A stretch of 43,055 nucleotides of DNA from a virus (taxonomy: Duplodnaviria > Caudoviricetes). How positions within the stretch are numbered: the stretch's first letter is position 1; each line of letters opens with the position of its first letter. The notes under the pieces were generated by a model that was not told the DNA's origin, did not search any database, and saw only the letters and a list, made by a program, of their open reading frames with translations. The stretch lies in the IMG/VR virus record IMGVR_UViG_3300035685_000004, positions 1-43,055 of that record; one strand, given 5' to 3'. Shown here piece by piece: positions 34,787-43,055 of this stretch. Made by a program: the position numbers and the translations under genes.

Positions 34787-34935
34787 TTGCCTGCCGAGCG
34801 CGCAGGCAGTACCTTGAATCTCGTACCGCTGGCGACAACGCGACCGTCGGCGTAAGAACGAATCGACTCCATGTCCCCACAAGGAGTCCCCGGCCCCGTT
34901 CCTGAGTCGCGTCAGGTCGGGGCCGTGGTGTTTCT
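34787..34935 (+). promoter_or_regulatory. Promoter and structured leader of the replication operon
   Basis: TTGCCT-17-TACCTT; hairpin GGCCCCG..CCTGA-GTCGCG-TCAGG..CGGGGCC followed by GTGGTGTTTCT. Confidence 0.55.
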
Positions 34936-35172
34936 ATGGCATCAGCATCCACGAAGCGTCGACAGCAGGCAGCGCGCGCCCTCTACCGGAAGTACGCCGG
35001 CACCCCCGCCGGCACCCCGGTCTCCGTTCACCGCGACAACGGCGAGCGGCTGGAGACCGTCACCATCTCCGAGCCCTTCCTGCTGGAGAACGCCTACGCG
35101 CTCGTTCAGGTCAAGGGCATCCCCGGCAACGTGAGGCTGTCTCGCGTGAAGTTCTCCCGGGGTGAGGGCTGA
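34936..35172 (+). CDS. Hypothetical protein (SH3-like beta)
   Basis: Coding-like; directly precedes ASCH. Confidence 0.7.
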   Translation: MASASTKRRQQAARALYRKYAGTPAGTPVSVHRDNGERLETVTISEPFLLENAYALVQVKGIPGNVRLSRVKFSRGEG

Positions 35173-35173
35173 C

Positions 35174-35608
35174 ATGGGGGCCAACATCCGAGGGCTGACC
35201 CTGATCCGCCCGTGGGCGTGGGCCGTGGCGCACGCGGGCAAGGACATTGAGAACCGCACTTGGGAGCCCCCGTCCTCGCTGGTGGGCGGCTTCGTCGCCA
35301 TCCACGCCGGCAAGAAGTGGGACGAGAATGCGGCCCTTGGCATCGAGCTGGAGTTGGGCATCCGCGTCCCGGACCAGGAGGACCATCCGTCAGGGGTTAT
35401 TGTGGCCGTGGCGCGGCTCGCTGGCGTACAGCGCGAGGGGCTCGGCAACCCGTGGTTCTGCGGCCCTGTCGGCTGGCAACTGCGCGGCGTGGTCCAGATT
35501 GACCCAGTGCCCTGCAAGGGCGCCCAGGGCCTATGGGTCATCCCCGACCCCGTTCTCGTCGTGGTGCGGGAGCGGTTCGCCTCCGCTCGTCAGGCGGTGA
35601 CGTCATGA
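35174..35608 (+). CDS. ASCH-domain protein
   Basis: LTLIRPWAWAV..GKDIENRTW..IHAG..PCKGAQGLW. Confidence 0.9.
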   Translation: MGANIRGLTLIRPWAWAVAHAGKDIENRTWEPPSSLVGGFVAIHAGKKWDENAALGIELELGIRVPDQEDHPSGVIVAVARLAGVQREGLGNPWFCGPVGWQLRGVVQIDPVPCKGAQGLWVIPDPVLVVVRERFASARQAVTS

Positions 35609-35837
35609 CCCCCGAGCAGGAGATCGCCGCGCTGCGTGGGGACGCCTCGCGTCAGGTCGAGAACTGGCGCGCCAACGTCGGCCGCTTCCCCCGGGCCTTC
35701 GAGCCGCGCCTTGCCGACCTCGTGCGCCGCTTCGGCGCGTCCCGGGTCGATCGCGCCATCGCCTCCGTGGCGGACCTGCGGTTGCGTCGCACTGCCGACC
35801 GCTGGGGGTACTTCCTCGCCCTGTTCGGGGAGGCGCC

Positions 35838-35841
<4 letters not shown>
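35605..35841 (+). CDS. Hypothetical protein
   Basis: ATGA couplings at both ends. Confidence 0.65.
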
Positions 35842-36754
<913 letters not shown>

Positions 36755-36758
<4 letters not shown>

Positions 36759-38224
36759 GCGCCGCCAGCGTTGTGCGCGACGAGGCCACGGAGCGGGCCG
36801 TCATCGCCTGCTTGCTCAATGGCGCCCGTCTGGACGACGTGGCGGTGCCGCCCGAGGCCTTCAGCGCACCGGCCTACCGAGCGGTCTACGATGCTGCATG
36901 TGAGTCGCTGCGGCGGTTTACGGCCGTGGACGCGGCCACCGTGCGCAGCGTGTTGGAGCTGGGCAAGGCGCCCGCCGAGGTGCTGGAACTGGTGGACGTG
37001 CTGGCTCTGGCCGACTGCCGCAAGGAGAACCTCCCCCGCTACGTTGACGGGTTGCTGGAGTTTCACGCCCGCCGCGTCGCCATCCGGAAGATGGAGGAGG
37101 CCATCCGCGACATGGGGAATCCGCGCGTCCGAGTGGAGGTAGTGGCCGAGTCGACCGCTGCTGTCCTGGGTACGCTAGGTGCGGGCAGGGAGGAGGCCAA
37201 AGGCGGCGAGGACGTGCGCGCCATCCTCTCGGACTACCGGGACATCGGCGAGGCGATGGAGGCCGACAAGGAACCGCGCCCAGCGTTCCTGCCCAGCCCT
37301 TTCGCGGGGCACGACTCGGGCGTTAGCCGATTCCGTGGCTTCCCGTCGCGCAAGGGCGTTTCGTGTCTAGGAGTCATCGCGGCACGGTCCGGCATGGGCA
37401 AGACGGCGGCTATCGCCACGCTGCTGCACTACTGGGTGTGTCGGCTGAAGAAGCGTGCGGGGCTCTTTGGGCTCGAGGACGGCACCCGGTGGCTAGTGGA
37501 GCGGTGGATAGCCAGAGACTTCGGAATGCAGTGGGGCGACGTAGGAAGCGTCTTTCCGGAGAACGCACTGCGACTGCACCGCGAAGTCCCGTGGTTCCCG
37601 CGCGACCTGTGCACCGCGCCTGGGAAGACGCAGGACTACTTCCAGACCGAGGTGACATTTCTCAACGCTCTCGACGGTTACGAGCGCATCCTGGACGAAC
37701 GCCTGAAGCGACACGCGGCCGGCGGCATTGCCGCGCCACAGCTCATCGCAAAATGCCGGCGGTGGATTGACGAGGGTGCCGAGGTGTTGGTGGTGGACCA
37801 CGGCCTCCAGGTGGACTACTCCCCCGGGCGGGACGAGCGGCTCGACTTCGCCATCGGCCGGAACATCCGGCGCCTCAAGGACCTGACGGAAGAGACGGGC
37901 GTTCCCATCATCCTCGCGTGGCACCTCAACAGGACGAACGGTGACGAGTCGCCACCGGCCATGGGGGACCTGAAGGAGTCGGGGTACCTGGACGCGAACG
38001 CGGCGACGATTCTCGGGCTGTGGCGCATGGGGAACCGAACCTTCTCCAACATCATCAAGTCCAGGCGCTCGGGTGGCATCGGAAAGGTGATTGAATTCTC
38101 CTGGGCGGGCGATTCAGGAATGATGGATCCGGACGCCTGCCGAGAAGTGGACTTGGCCAAGGAGTACGCGGACAAGCGGGCAGCACAAAAGGCGGCGGGA
38201 AAGAAGGGAGCGCTCCCACTATGA
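36755..38224 (+). CDS. DnaB-like replicative helicase
   Basis: ERAVIACLL N-domain, Walker A ARSGMGKT, VVDHGLQ, HLNR, DLKESG, KSR. Confidence 0.88.
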
Positions 38225-38592
38225 CGGCGCTGGACGAGACGAGGCGGCGCGTGTGGTCCGTGGCACGCCAACTGGGTTCGGTGAAGGTGCGACGGGCGGC
38301 CCTGGCGTCGCTGAAGCCCGGCGACCTCGTGCACGCGGTGGACCCCGAGACGCACGCAATAATGGGCACGCGCGCGCTGACACTGGTGGATCGTCGCCGG
38401 GAGACCGCCACCGTTGTCTTCGGGCGGCCGGCGGCGCAACTGTTCGACTTCTGGCCCCTGCGCTACATCGCGGAATTGGAGGGTCGGAAGGCTTGGCTTT
38501 TCTCCGACGACGGACAGGAGGTTGAGCCATGGGTGGAGTTGAAGCCTCACGGCTTGCTGCTGGTGAGGGCGTGGCCACCGGAGGAGACATGA
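38221..38592 (+). CDS. Hypothetical protein
   Basis: ATGA coupling. Confidence 0.65.
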   Translation: MTALDETRRRVWSVARQLGSVKVRRAALASLKPGDLVHAVDPETHAIMGTRALTLVDRRRETATVVFGRPAAQLFDFWPLRYIAELEGRKAWLFSDDGQEVEPWVELKPHGLLLVRAWPPEET

Positions 38593-38819
38593 GCGGGCTG
38601 ACGAGAGAGCAGAGCGGCGCGCTGCTGAAGTGGCTGAAGGCAGAGGCACTGGAGACGGCCGCCGAACTGCGCGACGACGGCTGGACCGAGGACGCACGCG
38701 GCCTGTGGAACAAAGGCAAGCACAAGCGACTGCACCTCTTTGACGCTGCGGAAGTGGCGATGCAGGCAGAGACGTGCGACAACAGCAACGCGGCGAGGGC
38801 TGCGCGGGAGGAAGCATGA
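38589..38819 (+). CDS. Hypothetical protein
   Basis: GGAGGAG RBS; coupled. Confidence 0.7.
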   Translation: MSGLTREQSGALLKWLKAEALETAAELRDDGWTEDARGLWNKGKHKRLHLFDAAEVAMQAETCDNSNAARAAREEA

Positions 38820-39130
38820 ACGAGGCAGAGAAGGCGATTCAGGACGTCATCGGGGAGACGAGCGCGGAACCGCACGCAGGGCGCGTCTGCGGTCCCGAAG
38901 CCAAGTGCAAGATCTGCGACGGCATCCGCACGCTGCAGAGATGTGCCCGCGCCGAGGGCTTCCGGGCGGCGAAGGAGAAGGCGGCGCGCATCGCGAGCGA
39001 GACGTCAGGTGGGCCCCAGGCGGTGGTTGCCGCCATCCGCGCCATGCAGGACGACGGGGGCGGGCGAATCACCACGGCCGAGAGCATGCCCGAGGACGCA
39101 CTCGACTACTTCCGGGAGAGCGAGTCATGA
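38816..39130 (+). CDS. Hypothetical protein
   Basis: GGAGG RBS; coupled. Confidence 0.7.
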   Translation: MNEAEKAIQDVIGETSAEPHAGRVCGPEAKCKICDGIRTLQRCARAEGFRAAKEKAARIASETSGGPQAVVAAIRAMQDDGGGRITTAESMPEDALDYFRESES

Positions 39131-39714
39131 GCGCCGGACAGGACTATCTCGCCCTGAAGAGGCGGTGCGAGGAGGCGGAGAGGGAACGGAACGCCTTCGA
39201 GGCGCAGGCGGCGGATTGGCAACGTGTTGCGAACGAGCAGGAGCAGCGGGCCGAGCGCGCCGAAGCGGACAACGCAGCGCTGGTGGAGGCGTTCTCCGAC
39301 CGAGACGCGCAATGGGCGGACCGCGCCGACTGGCAGGGCTTCTGCCCGCTGCGTCGAACCGTCGGGTGCGAGGGCACGGACGGACGACTATCCGGCTTCG
39401 GCACTCCACGTCCGAAGCCGCACGGCGAGCACTGTCCGTTTCGGCTGCTCACCCAATCCCACCCCGGCGCCGCGCTGCTCGCCGCGGTGAACGACCTGCG
39501 CCGCCGCTTCGATGCGGCCACGGACATCGGCCTTGAGGCGTGCGAGGAACGCGATGCCGTTGCGGCAGTGCTGGACGACGCCCTTGCCGAGAACGCCGCG
39601 CTGCGCAAGGTGGCGAGCGAGGCGCGGCGGTATCTGGTTCACCCGGACGTCAGCGGAATGCCGCTGCGAGACGCCCTCGCCGCTGTCGACACCCTGAATG
39701 GAGGTGAGTCGTGA
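39127..39714 (+). CDS. Coiled-coil protein with a CP..C..H..HCP cluster
   Basis: Coupled ORF. Confidence 0.7.
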   Translation: MSAGQDYLALKRRCEEAERERNAFEAQAADWQRVANEQEQRAERAEADNAALVEAFSDRDAQWADRADWQGFCPLRRTVGCEGTDGRLSGFGTPRPKPHGEHCPFRLLTQSHPGAALLAAVNDLRRRFDAATDIGLEACEERDAVAAVLDDALAENAALRKVASEARRYLVHPDVSGMPLRDALAAVDTLNGGES

Positions 39715-39920
39715 CGCTGCTCGTGCTGCTGGTGCTGGCCGCCGCGCCCGTGAGGTGTAACGAGGGCCAGAAGGAGATTGAGGGGAAGTGCTACCGGCCC
39801 GTTCCGCCCCTCCGGCGCATGCCGGCCGGGGTTGCGTACTGCGCCGAGGGCCAGAAGAGCAACGGGCAGCACGGCATCCACCTCGTCTGCTACGAGTCCG
39901 TGAAGGAGAAGCGGAAGTGA
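39711..39920 (+). CDS. Small secreted Cys-rich protein
   Basis: Hydrophobic N-terminus; two CxEGQK...CY repeats; GGAGG RBS. Confidence 0.65.
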   Translation: MTLLVLLVLAAAPVRCNEGQKEIEGKCYRPVPPLRRMPAGVAYCAEGQKSNGQHGIHLVCYESVKEKRK

Positions 39921-40225
39921 CCGTGTACGTTGACCGCCTCGTGCAGCACGACCTCTCGGGCAAATCGGCCACGGTGCGTCGCGTGTTCGCCGAGGGCTCG
40001 TGTCACCTCTTCACCGACTCGGCCGACCTGACTGAGTTGCATGAGGTGGCCGCCCGCGTCGGCATGCGGCGCTCGTGGTTTCAGACGGATGGCGCCATGC
40101 CTCACTACGACCTCAACCTGAGTCGACGCGAGAGCGCTCTGGCCGCGGGCGCGGTCAAGGCAGACCGCTTCACAACCGTCGAGTGCATCCGTATCCACCG
40201 CGCGGCGAAGGAGCGCAAGCCATGA
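39917..40225 (+). CDS. DUF4031-family protein
   Basis: VYVD...CHLFTD...ELH..A..VG..RSWFQ...HYDL...A..AGA. Confidence 0.85.
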   Translation: MTVYVDRLVQHDLSGKSATVRRVFAEGSCHLFTDSADLTELHEVAARVGMRRSWFQTDGAMPHYDLNLSRRESALAAGAVKADRFTTVECIRIHRAAKERKP

Positions 40226-40707
40226 GGAGGGGCGCCATGAGGGACAGGAGCGACGCCACGCACCGTCGCGAGATGGAGGCCCTCGGGTGGCTCATGCTGC
40301 CCGTGTCGCAGAAGGGGCGTCCGGACTACCTTGCGGCGAAGGATGGGCGCCTCGTGCTCATCGAATGCAAGGAACCCGGCGAACCCTTCACGCCCGAGCA
40401 GATGAAGACCTTCGAGCAGCTACGTCTCGCCGGGGTGCATGTCTGGGTACTGGTGGCGCCCGGGGATGCGCTGCGATTCTCGGGCGGGGTGCTGTCACCG
40501 TGGCACCCTGATGCGGTCGAGAGGGTCTGGAGCAAAGCGGGAGGCCGGAAGCGCGTCGACAAGCCGCACCGGCCGGGCAAGGACCGGGCTCGCACCGTGG
40601 ACGAGCAGTGCGCGGCGGGCAACTGCGCCACGTCGAAGGTTCCGGGCTCGAAGTACTGCGCCCGCTGCGGTAAGGAGGACGCCGTGACTCCGGCGAAGAA
40701 ACGATGA
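40222..40707 (+). CDS. VRR-NUC/PD-(D/E)xK nuclease
   Basis: GRPDYL...LIECK.P...TPEQ. Confidence 0.8.
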   Translation: MRRGAMRDRSDATHRREMEALGWLMLPVSQKGRPDYLAAKDGRLVLIECKEPGEPFTPEQMKTFEQLRLAGVHVWVLVAPGDALRFSGGVLSPWHPDAVERVWSKAGGRKRVDKPHRPGKDRARTVDEQCAAGNCATSKVPGSKYCARCGKEDAVTPAKKR

Positions 40708-41303
40708 CCGTCCTGGCCTTCAAGGCGGGCAACCACCCGCAGCAGACGAAGAAGGGGCGCGGAGACCCAGCCAAGGACGAGCGCTACACGGCGCTCTCGT
40801 ACTTCCGGCCACTGCACGAACGCTGGGGCTTCACCGTCGACGCGGCCGGCTGCGAGGCGGCGCCTGCGTCACGCCTTGTCGGTCGCTGGTGGGACAAGGC
40901 GGCCAACGGGCTCGAACAGCCGTGGAATGGCGAGTGCGTCTGGTGCAACCCGCCCTACTCCAGCATCCGCCCATGGGTGGAAAAGGCGTGGGCCTCGCTC
41001 GCAGTCGTCGCGATGCTCCTTCCGGCGAACCGGACAGAGCAACCATGGTGGCAGGAATTGGTGGAACCCTATCGCGACCACTCCGGCGGCATCCTCCGGG
41101 CGAAATTCGAGGATGGGCGCGCAGTGTTCGGGACGCCAGAGCATCCGGACGCCGACACGATCGCGTGGAATTCCAGCGCGCCCTTCGGCGTGGTGCTTCT
41201 GACCTGGACCCGACCGGAGCGGGGCGATCTTCTGTTCGTGCCGTCCCGGGACCTTCTACTTGGTACTGTGCCGCCGCGACCTCGGCGCAAGCACAAGCGG
41301 TAG
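40704..41303 (+). CDS. Phage DNA N6-adenine methyltransferase (phage Dam family)
   Basis: DERYT, FTVDAA, NGL.QPW, VWCNPPYS, LLPANRT..WW. Confidence 0.9.
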   Translation: MTVLAFKAGNHPQQTKKGRGDPAKDERYTALSYFRPLHERWGFTVDAAGCEAAPASRLVGRWWDKAANGLEQPWNGECVWCNPPYSSIRPWVEKAWASLAVVAMLLPANRTEQPWWQELVEPYRDHSGGILRAKFEDGRAVFGTPEHPDADTIAWNSSAPFGVVLLTWTRPERGDLLFVPSRDLLLGTVPPRPRRKHKR

Positions 41304-41307
41304 CCTT

Positions 41308-41336
41308 CTGGACTCCTCGGCGGGTGGTGCTAACTT
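41308..41336 (+). promoter_or_regulatory. Promoter of the 41376 cassette
   Basis: CTGGAC-17-TAACTT with TG extension. Confidence 0.6.
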
Positions 41337-41375
41337 GGTGATGCCCCTTCGTCGGGGCAGAAACGAGAGAGAGCC

Positions 41376-41699
41376 ATGCCGGGATACGAGCAGCGAGCAG
41401 CAAGCAGCCGCGGACGCAGCGAGTGGGCCGATGAACAGGAGCGAGAGGTCCGAACGCGCCTCCATCTCTTCAAGGAGTACGAGGGCGGGGACATCTATGC
41501 CGCTCGCGACATCACCCACGCGAAGGAACTGTGGCATGCCGACACCGGCGAGAATCCGGACGAGAATACCGACTGGGGCGCCATCCCGGACGACAAGTCC
41601 CTGACTCTGGATGAAGACGGGGCGAAGGTCACCAAGGCGGCGGGGAAGTGGGCGGCGGAGATGGCATCCCCGGGTCTCTTCGGCGGGGAGAACTACTAG
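41376..41699 (+). CDS. Hypothetical acidic protein (107 aa)
   Basis: Has its own promoter and terminator. Confidence 0.75.
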   Translation: MPGYEQRAASSRGRSEWADEQEREVRTRLHLFKEYEGGDIYAARDITHAKELWHADTGENPDENTDWGAIPDDKSLTLDEDGAKVTKAAGKWAAEMASPGLFGGENY

Positions 41700-41747
41700 C
41701 GCGCACCCCTGTGTCATGTGCTCCGCCGGGGTGCATGACGAGCGCGG

Positions 41748-41782
41748 GCGAGGGCTCTGGCAACGGGGCCCTTCGTCTTTCT
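41748..41782 (+). terminator. Intrinsic terminator; near-identical inverted copy of 999-1033
   Basis: GAGGGCTCT-GGCAAC-GGGGCCCTT followed by CGTCTTTCT. Confidence 0.8.
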
Positions 41783-42075
41783 ATGCCTTCACGAACGGAT
41801 TGCCACCGGTGATGGGATACGGGCCCGCCGTGTCCCCCTGTCGCGCCACGCTCTGCACCCCGCCCGCAAAGCGAAAGGCCCACAGCGCCACGCCGTGAGC
41901 CTCGCCCGCGCCGGTGTCGTTGAACCTCTCCCATTGGTGAAGCGAGGTGGAGGTTCCCGGCGCAGCACCAGCGTAGCGCGAAGTCTCCGCCCGTGCCGCA
42001 CCGAGGGACCGTGCTCGCCCGCTACCCAGGCGTCCCACATTGCGGAGCGGCTAGCCGCGGCCGACTCTTGACGCC

Positions 42076-42435
42076 ATGCCTGCTGACCGCGTCGAGGTAC
42101 TCACCGCCGAAGTCCTTGAGAGACACCTCCCGGCGATAGAGGACGCAGCCGGGCCGAACGTGGCGGTGCTGGTGAGGGAGGCGTTCCACGCGGCGCTCGA
42201 GCGTTGCCAGGAGGTGGCCAAGGCGCTCAACTTCGAGGGGCCGCTGTCCGACATTCCCAAGGCGGCGCGGGCCGTAGTGCAGGACCTGGAGCGACTCCGG
42301 GTGGACTTCAAGGAACTGCACGACAAGGCGCACGCCTTTGCCGAGCAGAACGCCGACCTGCGGCAACGGCTCTCGGAGGTCCAGGCGATGCTTGACGCGG
42401 TGCTGATGTCCCCGCCCGAGTCCCTGCCCCACTAA
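42076..42435 (+). CDS. Coiled-coil hypothetical protein
   Basis: Coding-like; no clear RBS. Confidence 0.65.
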   Translation: MPADRVEVLTAEVLERHLPAIEDAAGPNVAVLVREAFHAALERCQEVAKALNFEGPLSDIPKAARAVVQDLERLRVDFKELHDKAHAFAEQNADLRQRLSEVQAMLDAVLMSPPESLPH

Positions 42436-42467
42436 GACGAAGGGCCCGGAACCGAAGTCCCGAGCCC
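42434..42467 (-). terminator. Terminator, CTTCGTCTT family (possibly bidirectional)
   Basis: AGGGCTCGG...CCGGGCCCTTCGTCTT. Confidence 0.6.
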
Positions 42468-42606
42468 TAGTCCAGCCTCTTGTTCCCGCATCCCAGCGTT
42501 CACCGGGGCCAGTCGGACCACACGAGTTCCCCTTGAAGCGGTGGGTCGGGTGTGGCGCCTTGTCTCCGCGCGAAGCAATCTACACGTCTCTCGCCCTGAC
42601 GCAAGA

Positions 42607-42831
42607 TCAGTGCGTCGCCCGCGGTTCCGCCTGTGTCACCTGGGCGGCTCGCGCTGCCGCGCTCTCGATGAGGCGCTGCCCGGCATCCCATACCTTGGTC
42701 AGCAGTCCGCGTCGGATGAGTTCCCGGGCGATGGTGTCCGGCCCTGCCCTCCGGATGTTGACGGGCGTCGTCACCGTCGCCGTCTTCCCCGCCGCTTTCT
42801 TCGTCCTCGCCTGGCTCTTCTTCATCGCCAT
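42607..42831 (-). CDS. Small basic protein
   Basis: AGGAGG RBS; Lys-rich N-terminus. Confidence 0.65.
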   Translation of the reverse strand: MAMKKSQARTKKAAGKTATVTTPVNIRRAGPDTIARELIRRGLLTKVWDAGQRLIESAAARAAQVTQAEPRATH

Positions 42832-42928
42832 GAAATGCCTCCTGAGCTTGACGTTGGGCACGGGCGTGCTCAGGCGCAATGCCTACAGCACTTCGCCCGG
42901 CTTCGGTCCCTGACGCGGCATCGCGGCA

Positions 42929-43055
42929 GGGACGAGGCCGGGGCTGACGACGGGGAGCAGTCCCGTCGCTGCGGCCGGTGCGGTCTCACCCACGCCAACG
43001 CCCATGGCTGAGACGGCCCGAAGGAAATCGGCCAGCGTCATCTCCTGGCCCGATG
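42929..43055. repeat. Terminal direct repeat, right copy
   Basis: Identical to 1-127. Confidence 0.95.

Noticed and set aside
41850-41890. c-di-GMP-I riboswitch (GCAAA...GAAA)
   Set aside because: The required P1/P2 stems and spacing could not be formed.

Overview
Apparently complete, circular-mapping genome of about 42.9 kb (bases 1-127 are repeated exactly at 42929-43055) of a GC-rich, HK97/lambda-type long-tailed phage. The host is inferred to be a myxobacterium. A leftward virion module (5468-21579) runs HNH, putative cos, TerS, TerL, portal, ClpP-like protease, HK97 capsid, head-tail genes, major tail, frameshifted tail chaperones, tape measure, Dit-like protein and one large tail-tip/receptor-binding protein. 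Also present are an operator-controlled cluster of small early genes (23-28 kb), YqaJ/RecT recombination genes, a divergent XRE switch, an initiator plus DnaB-like helicase, and ASCH, DUF4031, VRR-NUC and Dam-like genes. I could not recognise an integrase, a partition system or an endolysin. The most unusual features are: (1) an envelope island (1.8-5.5 kb) with two kinase-less copies of a myxobacterial Ser/Thr-kinase-type Cys-rich ectodomain interleaved with three lipoproteins; (2) a stand-alone transcription unit for a tRNA-shaped RNA that lacks a decoding anticodon loop, next to a second structured RNA; (3) a genome-wide family of terminator/promoter junctions that delimit single-gene cassettes. 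All calls come from reading motifs by eye; no searches were run.
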